Part shown: in pieces, positions 20,526 to 29,166 of the stretch | How positions within the stretch are numbered: position 1 is the first letter of the stretch | Layout of the letters: every line of letters begins with the position of its first letter | Assembly (NCBI GenBank): GCA_965283725.1 | Contig: CBDIPT010000001.1 | Location: 719,730 to 783,729, forward strand | Reading direction: 5' to 3' | Length of the DNA: 64,000 bases | Source of the DNA: Limisphaerales bacterium | Lineage (GTDB): Bacteria > Verrucomicrobiota > Verrucomicrobiia > Limisphaerales > JAEYXS01 | Notes under the pieces: generated by a model | The model's database searches: none | The model's input: the letters and a program-made list of their open reading frames with translations, nothing else | What the model was told of the DNA's origin: nothing | Made by a program: the position numbers and the translations under genes

Positions 20526-21824
20526 GTGAATCCATCAACCAGCCACAAACCGGGAGCCGTCGAGCCGAAGCCAACTAAAACTGGTGCCAGCGCGGACCAA
20601 TCCCCACGGCGCACGTTGCTGGTAGTGGATGACGATGAGAGCCCGCGTCAGGCGATCGGGATGATCTTTGGCGATGACTATGAACTGCTGCTGGCGGAGA
20701 ACGGCCAGCAGGCGCTGGACTTGGCGCGCACGCACCTGATTGATACAGCCATCGTGGATATCCGCATGCCCGGCATGTCGGGTATCGAAGTGCTGGCGGG
20801 CTTGAAGCAGATCGATCCCGCCATCGAAGTGGTCATCGTTACCGCTTATCAAACATTGGAGACCGCGCGGCAGGCGTTGCGGCTGGGAGCGCGTGATTAT
20901 CTGATGAAGCCTTTCGGTGTGCCGGAGATCCGCCAGGTGGTGACGGCGGCGATGGAGCATCGTAATGCGACGGGTCGGTTGATCGAGAACGCCCGGTTGC
21001 TGAGCGAATTGCAGGAAGAGTTGGAGACACAACGCCAACAGGTGGATTCATCCCACATCAAGGGCGAACTTTACGCGGGTATCATTCATGATCTGAACAG
21101 CCCGTTGACGGTGGTCTCTGGCATGGCTGAACTGCTGGGCGAGCGCTTGAGCGGCGTGACGTTCGTTAGCGGGGAACAACTGTCGCACATGCGGCAGGAA
21201 GTGTCCCAGCTCTCCAAGCACGTAGAGCGGTGTCTGGAGATTTCCCGGCGTTATCTGGAGCTGTTCCGCAAACGCGCCCAGAGTGAGCCAGAAACCCGCA
21301 TTGCTTTGGCGATGCGTAATCTGCAAGAATTGCTGCTCATCCATCCGGCAGCACGGGCGAACCAGCTCATCTTCGAATCGCAAGTGGGTGAGGCCTTGGC
21401 CCAGATGAACAGCCTGGATCTGGAGCAGGTGCTGGCGAATCTCATCCTGAACGCTTTGACCTGCACGAGCCAGAGCCACACGGTCTGGGTCACGGCGCGG
21501 TTGCGATCTGAGCCGCTCTCGGTGCAGGAATTGGAAGCTGGCCCCAAAGCGGTAGTCATCAATGAATCACGGTTTCAGAATAAACCGCCCTTTGTGGAGT
21601 TGGTAGTGCGTGATGACGGTAAAGGTATTCCCGAAGCCGTGATGCAGCGCATGTTCCAACCGTATTTTTCCGCGCGTGAGGCCGGGCAGGGCACTGGCCT
21701 GGGGCTCTCCGTGGTTCGCCACCTGGTTTCAGAGACGACAGGCCTGCTCCGGGTGGAGAGTGAATACGGTCACGGAGCCAAGTTCACCCTGATGTTGCCG
21801 GCCATTACTTCGCCCAAGCACTGA
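20526..21824 (+). CDS. Receiver-first hybrid: REC domain plus HisKA/HATPase_c
   Basis: REC motifs are LLVVDDDESP, IVDIRMPGMSG and MKPF. These are followed by IIHDLNSPL (H-box), NLILNAL, DDGKGIP and GTGLGLS. Confidence 0.85.
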   Translation: MNPSTSHKPGAVEPKPTKTGASADQSPRRTLLVVDDDESPRQAIGMIFGDDYELLLAENGQQALDLARTHLIDTAIVDIRMPGMSGIEVLAGLKQIDPAIEVVIVTAYQTLETARQALRLGARDYLMKPFGVPEIRQVVTAAMEHRNATGRLIENARLLSELQEELETQRQQVDSSHIKGELYAGIIHDLNSPLTVVSGMAELLGERLSGVTFVSGEQLSHMRQEVSQLSKHVERCLEISRRYLELFRKRAQSEPETRIALAMRNLQELLLIHPAARANQLIFESQVGEALAQMNSLDLEQVLANLILNALTCTSQSHTVWVTARLRSEPLSVQELEAGPKAVVINESRFQNKPPFVELVVRDDGKGIPEAVMQRMFQPYFSAREAGQGTGLGLSVVRHLVSETTGLLRVESEYGHGAKFTLMLPAITSPKH

Positions 21825-21874
21825 TTTGGGCTTGCCTCCGGGTGCTTTCCTCGTCCGTATTGTGTCCATACGAT

Positions 21875-22501
21875 ATGAAGCTTTACGGATTAACGGGCGG
21901 GATTGGCGCCGGTAAAAGCGCAGCCGCCGAGATTTTACGCAGTCGCGGCGTCATGGTCCTCGATACCGATACCATTGCCCGCCAATTGGTGGAGCCAGGA
22001 CAGCCTGCTTTGCAAGAAATCGCGGCCCGCTTCGGGGATGGCGTTCTGACGCCCAGCGGCTATCTGGATCGTTCCGCCCTAGCCAAACTCGTGTTCGGTG
22101 ATGAAACCGCCCGCAAGGATTTGGAAACCATTTTGCATCCGCGCATTCGTGCAGTATGGCAGGCGGAAGTGGAGAAATGGCGACAGGAGGGTTATCCCGC
22201 CGGCGTCGTGGTGATTCCGCTGCTGTTCGAGACGGGAGCGGAATCCAGTTTCGATGCCGTCATCTGCTTGGCGTGCTCGGTGGTGACTCAACGTGAACGG
22301 CTAAGCCGGCGCGGTTGGTCGGAGGCGGAGATGGATCAACGGCTGGCTTCGCAACTGCCGCTGGAAAAGAAGATGAACCGTGCGAACTACGTGGTGTGGA
22401 ATGAAGGCAGCCTGGAAGCCTTGGCGGACCAGCTCGACCGGATCATTCCGCACAGCAAACCGGCGGATTATTTTCTCGATGAAGAAACGGAGACGGCCTG
22501 A
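21875..22501 (+). CDS. coaE: Dephospho-CoA kinase
   Basis: MKLYGLTGGIGAGKS (P-loop), IPLLFE and the overall length fit CoaE. I preferred the start at ATG 21875 over GTG 21842. Confidence 0.85.
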   Translation: MKLYGLTGGIGAGKSAAAEILRSRGVMVLDTDTIARQLVEPGQPALQEIAARFGDGVLTPSGYLDRSALAKLVFGDETARKDLETILHPRIRAVWQAEVEKWRQEGYPAGVVVIPLLFETGAESSFDAVICLACSVVTQRERLSRRGWSEAEMDQRLASQLPLEKKMNRANYVVWNEGSLEALADQLDRIIPHSKPADYFLDEETETA

Positions 22502-22551
22502 ACTGGTCCGGCCCGCTTGCAATCTGCCGCACCTTGTTGTCTGTTGCTGCT

Positions 22552-22731
22552 ATGGAAGATGACGCTTCAGTTTCCTGTCCCTATTGCGGGCAGGAGAGCA
22601 CCTTGGTGCTGGATGCTACGGTGCGCAGCCAGACGTTCACGACGGATTGCGAGGTGTGCTGCCGTCCCTTCAGCGTCCATGTGGAATGTTCTGGTGGCGA
22701 GATTCTAAGCTTGGATGTGACGGCGGATTGA
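22552..22731 (+). CDS. CPXCG-motif cysteine-rich small protein (zinc-ribbon-like)
   Basis: CPYCG...CEVCC gives two Cys pairs in about 60 aa, typical of the CPXCG family. The start is uncertain (22534 or 22552). Confidence 0.6.
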   Translation: MEDDASVSCPYCGQESTLVLDATVRSQTFTTDCEVCCRPFSVHVECSGGEILSLDVTAD

Positions 22732-22765
22732 TTGACAGTCCGGATCGTTGGTTTTTTATCAAGTT

Positions 22766-23053
22766 ATGACGCCGAATACTGTTTTGTGGGTTTATATCGT
22801 TCTGTTGGTCCTGGGTGGGGTGATGGGGTTCGTGAAAGCAGGCAGCAAAGCCTCGCTGATCGCCTCCAGCATCTTCGCCGCCATCTTGGCTCTGTGTGCC
22901 ACTGATGTCATCAAGTGGGCGCACGCGGCGGATGTCGTGCTCGCCTTTCTGCTCGTGTTCTTCGGGATGAAGTTCGCCAAGGGCAAGAAGTTCATGCCGT
23001 CCGGGCTGATGTGCATCCTGACGGTGGTGGCACTGGCCTTGCGCCATATCTGA
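22766..23053 (+). CDS. TMEM14/UPF0136-family small membrane protein
   Basis: It has four short hydrophobic helices and GGVMGFVKAGSKASLIAS, which is typical of TMEM14. An alternative start lies at 22748. Confidence 0.6.
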   Translation: MTPNTVLWVYIVLLVLGGVMGFVKAGSKASLIASSIFAAILALCATDVIKWAHAADVVLAFLLVFFGMKFAKGKKFMPSGLMCILTVVALALRHI

Positions 23054-23076
23054 GCGCGCTGGATCGCTAAATGATG

Positions 23077-23136
23077 AATCGTTAAACCGGAGAAAATCCA
23101 GTTTAACGATTCAACTGTTTTAACGTTTAACGAATC
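23077..23136. repeat. Three copies of a 12-nt GTTTAACGA(A/T)TC motif; two form a 12-bp hairpin
   Basis: GAATCGTTAAAC (23077-23088) is the exact reverse complement of GTTTAACGATTC (23101-23112). A third near-copy, GTTTAACGAATC, lies at 23125-23136. The motif sits in a convergent intergenic gap, so it probably acts as a terminator hairpin. Confidence 0.45.
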
Positions 23137-23174
23137 CAGTCAGTTCCGCCTCGTTACCTCGCCGGCTACATGGC

Positions 23175-24239
23175 TCAGATCAAGCCTGCTGTTTCCGGGA
23201 AGCCGCTGAGGATATTGAAACTCTGCACGGCTTGGCCGCTGGCGCCTTTCACAATGTTATCTTCCGCACTGAGCACGAGTAACCGGCCCGTTCGCACATC
23301 GAGACGCCAGGCGATCTCCACCATATTGGTGCCCACGACGTTTTTGGTATCCGGCAGAGCCTTGCCTTCGAGCACGCGGACAAACGGTTCGTTCATATAA
23401 GCCTGTTGGTAGCATTCTTTGATCTTCTGATTCAACGTGGCAGCTTCGGCTTCCGTGGAGAAGTGTTCTGCTGGCGCGAGATAAAGCGTTGAATGGATGC
23501 CACGGTTCACCGGAATCAGATGCGGGGTGAATTGGATAGTCACTTGACTGCCCGCTGCGAGGGACAGTTCTTGTTCGATCTCCGAGAGATGCCGGTGTTT
23601 GGGAATACCATAGGCGCGCACGCTTTCGTTGCACTCTACGAAGAGGTAATCAATCTCTGCCTTACGCCCTGCACCGCTGACGCCGCTCATGGAATCCGCG
23701 ATGATGCCTGTGGGCTTGATCAAGCCCGCCTTCAGCAACGGCAGGATCGGCAGCAGGATGCTGGTAGGGTAGCAGCCGGGTGAGGCGATGAGCTGGGCGT
23801 CTTTGATCTGCGAGCGATAAACTTCGGGCAGACCGTAAACCGACTTGGCGAGCAACTCCGGCGCGGGATGATCATGTGCGTAGAATTCTTTATACACGCT
23901 CGCGCTCTTCAAACGGAAATCCGCGCTCAGATCAATCACACGGCAACCGAGCTGGAGCAGGGGAATGGCGAACTCCGCTGCCACGCCATGCGGCAGTGCG
24001 AGGAAGACGACGTCGGCCTGCTTGGCGAGCAGTTCGGTGTTCGGGTCCGAGAAGTGCAATTCACGCGCTTTCGGGTAATGCGCGAATTTCGGGAAAATCT
24101 CCGCGATGGTCTTGCCTGCCGATTGGCGCGAGGTGACGGCCGTCAACTCGGCGTGAGGATGGCGCAGCAGCAAACGGACGAGTTCTTCCCCGGAATAACC
24201 GGATGCTCCGACAATGGCGACACGAACTGTTTTCGACAT
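23175..24239 (-). CDS. argC: N-acetyl-gamma-glutamyl-phosphate reductase
   Basis: VAIVGASGYSGEELVRLL, the catalytic PGCYPTS Cys and DLSADFRL are ArgC signatures. The start is at 24239 (MSKTVRV) or 24251. Confidence 0.9.
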   Translation of the reverse strand: MSKTVRVAIVGASGYSGEELVRLLLRHPHAELTAVTSRQSAGKTIAEIFPKFAHYPKARELHFSDPNTELLAKQADVVFLALPHGVAAEFAIPLLQLGCRVIDLSADFRLKSASVYKEFYAHDHPAPELLAKSVYGLPEVYRSQIKDAQLIASPGCYPTSILLPILPLLKAGLIKPTGIIADSMSGVSGAGRKAEIDYLFVECNESVRAYGIPKHRHLSEIEQELSLAAGSQVTIQFTPHLIPVNRGIHSTLYLAPAEHFSTEAEAATLNQKIKECYQQAYMNEPFVRVLEGKALPDTKNVVGTNMVEIAWRLDVRTGRLLVLSAEDNIVKGASGQAVQSFNILSGFPETAGLI

Positions 24240-24247
24240 AGCGACAA

Positions 24248-24727
24248 TCAATTTCCTGTTGCCTCATTTGGCAAGCAGAGTTTGTAAGGATTTACGTTAC
24301 GAATCTCCATGAACCGCTGTGGTTCTCCTAATGGAGCAAAACCGGACTGGGCGTAAAGCCCGTGGGCATCCTTGGTCGCCAGCAGGAAGCGGCGCAGGCC
24401 TTGCAACCCGGGATGGGTGATGAGAGTGCCGATGAGCAGTTTGCCAATGCCGTGGCCGCGCTCGCTTTCCGTGACGATGACATCGCACAACCAGGCAAAG
24501 GTGGCTTGATCCGTGACCACTGCGGCATAGGCGATCTGGCAGTCACCACGATAAACCCCAAAACAAAGCGAATTCTCGATGGCCCGGTCCAAGGTTGCGC
24601 GCGGAATGCCTTTGGCCCAATAGGTCTGTGTCAGTTCGCCGTGAATGAAGTCCCGGTCCAGGCGCGATTTGTCGCAAGAGATAGTGATCTCTCCGATTTG
24701 CCGCACAAAGGGGATGTCCGTGTCCAT
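24248..24727 (-). CDS. GNAT-family N-acetyltransferase
   Basis: The acetyl-CoA binding motif ERGHGIGKLL (Q/R-x-x-G-x-G/A) is present. I chose the start at 24727 (MDTDIPF) because the longer ORF would run through the rpsI terminator into rpsI. Confidence 0.8.
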   Translation of the reverse strand: MDTDIPFVRQIGEITISCDKSRLDRDFIHGELTQTYWAKGIPRATLDRAIENSLCFGVYRGDCQIAYAAVVTDQATFAWLCDVIVTESERGHGIGKLLIGTLITHPGLQGLRRFLLATKDAHGLYAQSGFAPLGEPQRFMEIRNVNPYKLCLPNEATGN

Positions 24728-24732
24728 GGGGT

Positions 24733-24770
24733 AAAAACAAAAAACCCCGCCGGTAAGAACCAGCGGGGTG
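24733..24770 (-). terminator. Rho-independent terminator after rpsI
   Basis: On the minus strand the sequence reads CCCCGC-tggttcttaccg-GCGGGG followed by TTTTTTGTTTTT. Confidence 0.6.
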
Positions 24771-24788
24771 TTGAGAGTGAGCTTGAGA

Positions 24789-25184
24789 TTAGCGCTTGCT
24801 GAATTGGAAGCGCTTACGGGCACCCGGCTGGCCGTATTTCTTACGTTCCTTCATACGAGGATCGCGAGTCAGGAGGCCTTCGGCTTTGAGGGCAGGACGC
24901 AGGTTAGCGTCGAACTGCAGCAAAGCACGGGCGATACCGTGACGAACCGCACCGGCTTGGCCGACCGGGCCGCCGCCAGCCACATTGACATTCACGTCCA
25001 GCTTGCTGGCGGTGTCAGTGACCTTGAGGGGCTGGTTGACCAGCGAGCGCTGGGCTTCCGTCATGAAATAAGCAGCAACTTCGCGACCGTTCACGGTGAT
25101 TTTGCCGGAACCGGAGGCGAGGCGAACACGGGCGACGGAGGTCTTGCGACGGCCCGTGCCGAGAAATTCAGTGGTGGTAGCCAT
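24789..25184 (-). CDS. rpsI: 30S ribosomal protein S9
   Basis: [14 protein letters not shown]...[19 protein letters not shown]...[27 protein letters not shown] is the canonical S9 sequence. Confidence 0.95.
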   Translation of the reverse strand: MATTTEFLGTGRRKTSVARVRLASGSGKITVNGREVAAYFMTEAQRSLVNQPLKVTDTASKLDVNVNVAGGGPVGQAGAVRHGIARALLQFDANLRPALKAEGLLTRDPRMKERKKYGQPGARKRFQFSKR

Positions 25185-25202
25185 ATCTCTGAGTAAAAAT
25201 GA

Positions 25203-25637
25203 TTAGTTGGCGGCGGTGAGGGCAGCCGGCTGTTGCGCCGAGTGCGGGTGTTCCGCGCCGGTGTAAACCTTCAGCTTGGTGAGCATACGGGCACCGAGGC
25301 GATTCTTCGGGAGCATACCTTTCACAGCGTGCAGAATCAGGCGTTCCGGATGGTTTTCGCGGACTTGGGCGACAGTCTTATACTTTTCGCCACCTTTCCA
25401 ACCGGAGTAGGTCATGAATTCCTTCTCCGTTTCCTTCTTGCCGGTGACAACAATCTTCTCGGCATTGATCACAACCACGAAATCACCCGCGTCGAGGTGG
25501 GGTGTAAAGACAGGTTTGTTCTTCCCGCGCAGGATGTTAGACACCTGAACGGCCAAGCGGCCAAGGACAGCTCCGTTGGCATCGACAACATGCCACTTCT
25601 TCTGGTCCGCGTTAATCTTCGGCAAATACGTTTTCAT
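25203..25637 (-). CDS. rplM: 50S ribosomal protein L13
   Basis: KWHVVDANGAVLGRLA...ILRGKNKPVFTPHLDAGDFVVVINAEKI...Y.GWKGG is canonical L13. I chose the start at ATG 25637 (MKTYLPK). Confidence 0.95.
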   Translation of the reverse strand: MKTYLPKINADQKKWHVVDANGAVLGRLAVQVSNILRGKNKPVFTPHLDAGDFVVVINAEKIVVTGKKETEKEFMTYSGWKGGEKYKTVAQVRENHPERLILHAVKGMLPKNRLGARMLTKLKVYTGAEHPHSAQQPAALTAAN

Positions 25638-25935
25638 CCAAAATCTTATCGAAAGAGCCGGGACAATATCAAAAGGCTCCTTTGAGTCAATAGACATTTG
25701 TAGAAAAATCGGAGGATTTTATGTGGGGTGATGGAATCCGCTGCTTCATCGGCGGTGAAAGCCTTTGGTGGTGGTCGAAGTTTAGCTGGTCCACAGCATA
25801 TAGTAGTGGTCAGCGGTAGAGTATATATGGTTAGGTATGGGGTGTTGAGCGGCGGGTTGAAAAATAACCTAAATTCGGGCTTGCGTCATCCGTGATGCAT
25901 CATTATTGTTCGCCCTCTTTAATTGAACTTTAGTT

Positions 25936-26205
25936 ATGTCGAAAATTTGCGAACTGACAGGCAAGCGCCCCATCAAAGGCAGTCATATCTGGCGCTCAGG
26001 TAAGGCCAAGAAAAAAGGCGGTATCGGTACCCACGTGACCGCGATCACGAAGCGCCGTTTCCTCCCGAACCTGCAACGCGTGAAGGCTGTGGTGGATGGC
26101 GAAGTTCGCTATATCCGCGTGACGGCCAACGCCATCAAGCAAGGTCTCGTGACGAAGCCGCTCAAGCGCACCTGGAAGAAGCCCGCTGCGGCTGCTGCCA
26201 AGTAA
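25936..26205 (+). CDS. rpmB: 50S ribosomal protein L28
   Basis: MSKICELTGKRPIKGSHIWRSGKAKKKGG...RRFLPNLQ matches L28. Confidence 0.9.
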   Translation: MSKICELTGKRPIKGSHIWRSGKAKKKGGIGTHVTAITKRRFLPNLQRVKAVVDGEVRYIRVTANAIKQGLVTKPLKRTWKKPAAAAAK

Positions 26206-26227
26206 GCTGTACGGAATAATTTGAAGA

Positions 26228-26257
26228 AGGCGGAGCATTTTGCTCCGCCTTTTTTTT
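26228..26257 (+). terminator. Rho-independent terminator after rpmB
   Basis: AGGCGGAGCA-ttt-TGCTCCGCCT forms a 10-bp stem followed by a T-run. Confidence 0.7.
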
Positions 26258-26307
26258 ATTTCCTAAATTGCCGTGAACCGGCGAAGTCTTCCGGCCGCGG
26301 AAGTTGT

Positions 26308-26763
26308 TCAGCGCCCCTTCATGCTGTGCATCAGCACGCGCTTCATTTCCTTGTCGGACTCGCGCTTCTTCAGGTCTTGCCGTTGATCCTGGTGATCTTT
26401 GCCTTTGCCGACGGCCAGTTGCACTTTCACTTTGCCGTTCTTCCAGTAAAAGGAGAGGGGAACAAGCGTATTACCTTTGATCGTGGCCACCCCATGCAGC
26501 TTGCGGATCTCGCTGCGGTTGAGCAGCAGTTTGCGCGGGGATTTGGGCTGATGGTTGAAGCGGTTGCCCTTAGCGTATTCGTCGATATGCGCGTTGTAGA
26601 GCCAAACCTCATCCTTTTCCACGCGGGCGAAGGCGTCGCTGATCTGGCCTTTGCCGGCGCGCAGAGCTTTCACCTCGGTGCCATGCAGGACGATGCCTGC
26701 CTCGTAGGTCTCGAGGATTTCGTAATCTCTTCTGGCTTTGGCGTTGGTCAGGATGTCAGCCAT
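26308..26763 (-). CDS. smpB: SsrA-binding protein SmpB
   Basis: NAKARRDYEILETYEAGIVLHGTEVKALR...GNTLVPLSFYWKNGKVKVQLAVGKGK is canonical SmpB. Confidence 0.9.
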   Translation of the reverse strand: MADILTNAKARRDYEILETYEAGIVLHGTEVKALRAGKGQISDAFARVEKDEVWLYNAHIDEYAKGNRFNHQPKSPRKLLLNRSEIRKLHGVATIKGNTLVPLSFYWKNGKVKVQLAVGKGKDHQDQRQDLKKRESDKEMKRVLMHSMKGR

Positions 26764-26800
26764 ATAAACAAAACAGCCAGGAGAGTATAGCTCCTGGCTG
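26764..26800 (-). terminator. Terminator-like hairpin after rpoZ, directly abutting the smpB start
   Basis: CAGCCAGGAG (26774-26783) pairs with CTCCTGGCTG (26791-26800) as a 10-bp stem. On the minus strand it is followed by TTTTGTTTAT. Confidence 0.5.
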
Positions 26801-26831
26801 ATTGCAAAACAATGTCAGGGTTGAAAACCTG

Positions 26832-27053
26832 TTATTCCGTAGGGATCTCGTTGGCCAGTTCGTAGCTCAACTTGTCTTCGGAGATTTCGCGCATGGCGAT
26901 GTCCGCTGCGCCCAGATTGCCGTAATCCTCGATGAGCGGGCGACCGCTGCCGCCACCCGAGTTCAACTGCCGCACGCGCCGTGATACGATATTGATCAAG
27001 ACGTTCGGGTTGATGACTTTGTCCAGTGCCTTACGGGTCAATTCAGCGTTCAT
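26832..27053 (-). CDS. rpoZ: DNA-directed RNA polymerase subunit omega
   Basis: NPNVLINIVSRRVRQLN...AADIAMREI is RpoZ-like, and the protein is small. The start is at ATG 27053 (MNAELT) or 27077. Confidence 0.75.
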   Translation of the reverse strand: MNAELTRKALDKVINPNVLINIVSRRVRQLNSGGGSGRPLIEDYGNLGAADIAMREISEDKLSYELANEIPTE

Positions 27054-27204
27054 AGTATCTATCTTCGAGAGCTCCACACTTTACTTGGTCGTCAAGCGGA
27101 CGCAATAGGAAAAATCATTCAGGAATCAATCAAGCGAGCGGAAGTAGAAGAGAATTCTGCCGACGCAACGTCTGCGCTGGCAGGCCGTTAGGTCTTTGAG
27201 GGGA

Positions 27205-28053
27205 TTACCAAAGGGGCTGGTTGGAGATTTCGATGTCGTCCAGATACAAAGTATTCGTGAACTTTTGGCTACCATTGGCGGTGATGCCGACTTGGAGCCG
27301 GTTATAGACCGTGCGGCCGGTGGGCAAGGTCTTGCCCTTGGCATCCAGCACTTTCGCATCGTCCTGCCAGACTTCCATCACGCCATCGTTGCCTTCGGAA
27401 AGGATAAGATGCACCCGCAGGTGAACCCACTGATCCTTGGGAAACTTGGTTTCTTGGCCTTTCGTTTGGCGAAAGGTCTTCCCGGTCCACCATTTGCCGA
27501 GGTCTGAGGCGAGCCATTCGCCGTTCTGGATATAGAGGCGGCGACCGGGTGAATTGCGATACTGGGTGGTTTCCAAGTCCCAAAGAAAAGTCAGCCCGGC
27601 ATCCGTGCCGCCCACCAAATAATACCAGCCCGAGAACCACACCTGGTGGCCTTTGCCGAAGGCGAGCTTTTCCAATTCGATGTCTGCCTTCGATGCTGTA
27701 TGGCCGTCATAAGGCACTGCCCGAAGTTTCAATGAATTCGTCCCGGAATGAACGATGTTCGTGTCCAGTATCAGGAAGTTAGCCTCGGGCTTGGGGCCAG
27801 ATTCGCACTGTAGGCCATGCCAGCGGCTGTAATCATGGGGGAACAGATTGGTGATGGTCGTGGCATTCTCGAAGCCGTCGGCGAAATGAAAGGGCGGTCC
27901 AGGCGGGCGATTGGGTGCCGGCCACCACAGCCAGCCCAAGGCCAGCAAAAGCAGGAGGCCGAGCGTGAGGCAGAAGCGTATGAGCTTGGTGGCGATGCGG
28001 AGATGAAAGCAGTTTAGCGCCAAATCCGTAAAGCGGGAACGCGCTTGGCCCAT
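27205..28053 (-). CDS. Secreted or membrane-anchored hypothetical protein; possibly a concanavalin-like / polysaccharide-lyase-like fold
   Basis: It has an N-terminal hydrophobic anchor (LTLGLLLLLALGWLWW). It is W/G-rich and beta-rich, ending in LYLDDIEI, which is reminiscent of the PF14099-type family. The function is not secure. Confidence 0.45.
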   Translation of the reverse strand: MGQARSRFTDLALNCFHLRIATKLIRFCLTLGLLLLLALGWLWWPAPNRPPGPPFHFADGFENATTITNLFPHDYSRWHGLQCESGPKPEANFLILDTNIVHSGTNSLKLRAVPYDGHTASKADIELEKLAFGKGHQVWFSGWYYLVGGTDAGLTFLWDLETTQYRNSPGRRLYIQNGEWLASDLGKWWTGKTFRQTKGQETKFPKDQWVHLRVHLILSEGNDGVMEVWQDDAKVLDAKGKTLPTGRTVYNRLQVGITANGSQKFTNTLYLDDIEISNQPLW

Positions 28054-28132
28054 GTATTATTCTGGTGGGAATTGGCGATACCCGTGATTCACCGCTTGCT
28101 CTATTTGGGCCGTTTCCGTAGAAAACCACCCC

Positions 28133-29054
28133 ATGCCGACCGCCACTTCCAAGTCTGCCAGCAAAACGGCGACTTTTGACCTGAACGCGTATCTCGCTGA
28201 GCGCACCGCGCAAGTGAATGACGCGATGGACCAATTTCTGCCCAAAGCCAAGACCAAGCCTGCCGTGCTGCATGAGTCCATGCGCTATTCCATCTTCGCT
28301 GGTGGCAAGCGCATCCGCCCGGCCATCTGCTTGGCTGCCGCTGAAGCCTGTGGTGGTGAGATTGAACCCGCTTTGCCGCTCGCGTGTGCCGTGGAGTGCA
28401 TCCACACGTACCCTGATCCATGACGATCTGCCCGCGATGGATAACGACGATTACCGTCGTGGCAAGCTGACGAATCACAAGGTGTTCGGCGAAGGCATGG
28501 CGATTCTCGCCGGTGATGCACTGCTCACCCAGGCATTTGAGATCGCCGCCTTGAGCAAAGGCTGGCCGCGTTATTCGCATAAGGATTTGATCCTGGAGAT
28601 CGCCAAGGCATCCGGCTCCCTGCAGCTCATCGCCGGTCAGGCGGCGGACCTGCAAGGGGAGGGGAAGAAGCTCTCCGTGCCCGAGTTGCGCTACATCCAT
28701 GAGCGCAAGACCTCGGCACTGCTGTGCTGCTCCGTGCGCCTCGGCGGCATGAGCGCGAACTGCACGCCCGCGCAACTCCAGGCCCTCACCGATTTCGGTT
28801 ACCACGTCGGCCTCGCCTTCCAGGTCATCGACGACATCCTCGACGTCACCCAGACGAGCGAGAAGCTCGGCAAGACCGCTGGCAAAGACACCGCCGCACA
28901 GAAGGCCACGTATCCCTCCATCGTCGGCTTGGAGAAATCCAAGAAGATCGCGAAGCAACTCACGGACAAAGCATTCGCCGCGTTGAAGCCGTTCAAAGGC
29001 AAGGCCGTAGCGTTGGAAAGCATCGCGAGCTATCTGCTGAAGCGGGATAACTAA
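28133..29054 (+). pseudogene. Polyprenyl diphosphate synthase (IspA/GGPP synthase family) interrupted by a frameshift just before the first DDxxD motif
   Basis: ORF 28133-28423 ends ...AVECIHTY then PDP-stop. The +1 frame continues with LIHDDLPAMDNDDYRRGK...GKDTAAQKATYP. The family consensus is ECIHTYSLIHDD, so the Ser codon appears reduced to the single C at 28412 (2 nt missing). Confidence 0.85.
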
Positions 29055-29082
29055 TTCTTCGCACATTGATTTCAAAAAGAGA

Positions 29083-29112
29083 GCTGACCGATTTGGTCAG
29101 CCCTTTTTGTTT
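29083..29112 (+). terminator. Rho-independent terminator after the polyprenyl synthase gene
   Basis: GCTGACC-gattt-GGTCAGC is followed by CCTTTTTGTTT. Confidence 0.5.
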
Positions 29113-29166
29113 CTGCGCACAGAGAGTTGAAGTGCAAGCGCGTTTCGCTACGCTTCGCCGAAATTT

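Noticed and set aside
26221-26790. 189-aa plus-strand ORF
   Set aside because: It starts inside the rpmB terminator and lies antisense to smpB, which is unambiguous.
28101-29075. 324-aa minus-strand ORF spanning the whole polyprenyl synthase locus
   Set aside because: It could be mistaken for the real gene because the plus-strand gene is frameshifted. However, the plus strand encodes both DDxxD motifs of the synthase family, and the minus-strand product has no recognisable features.
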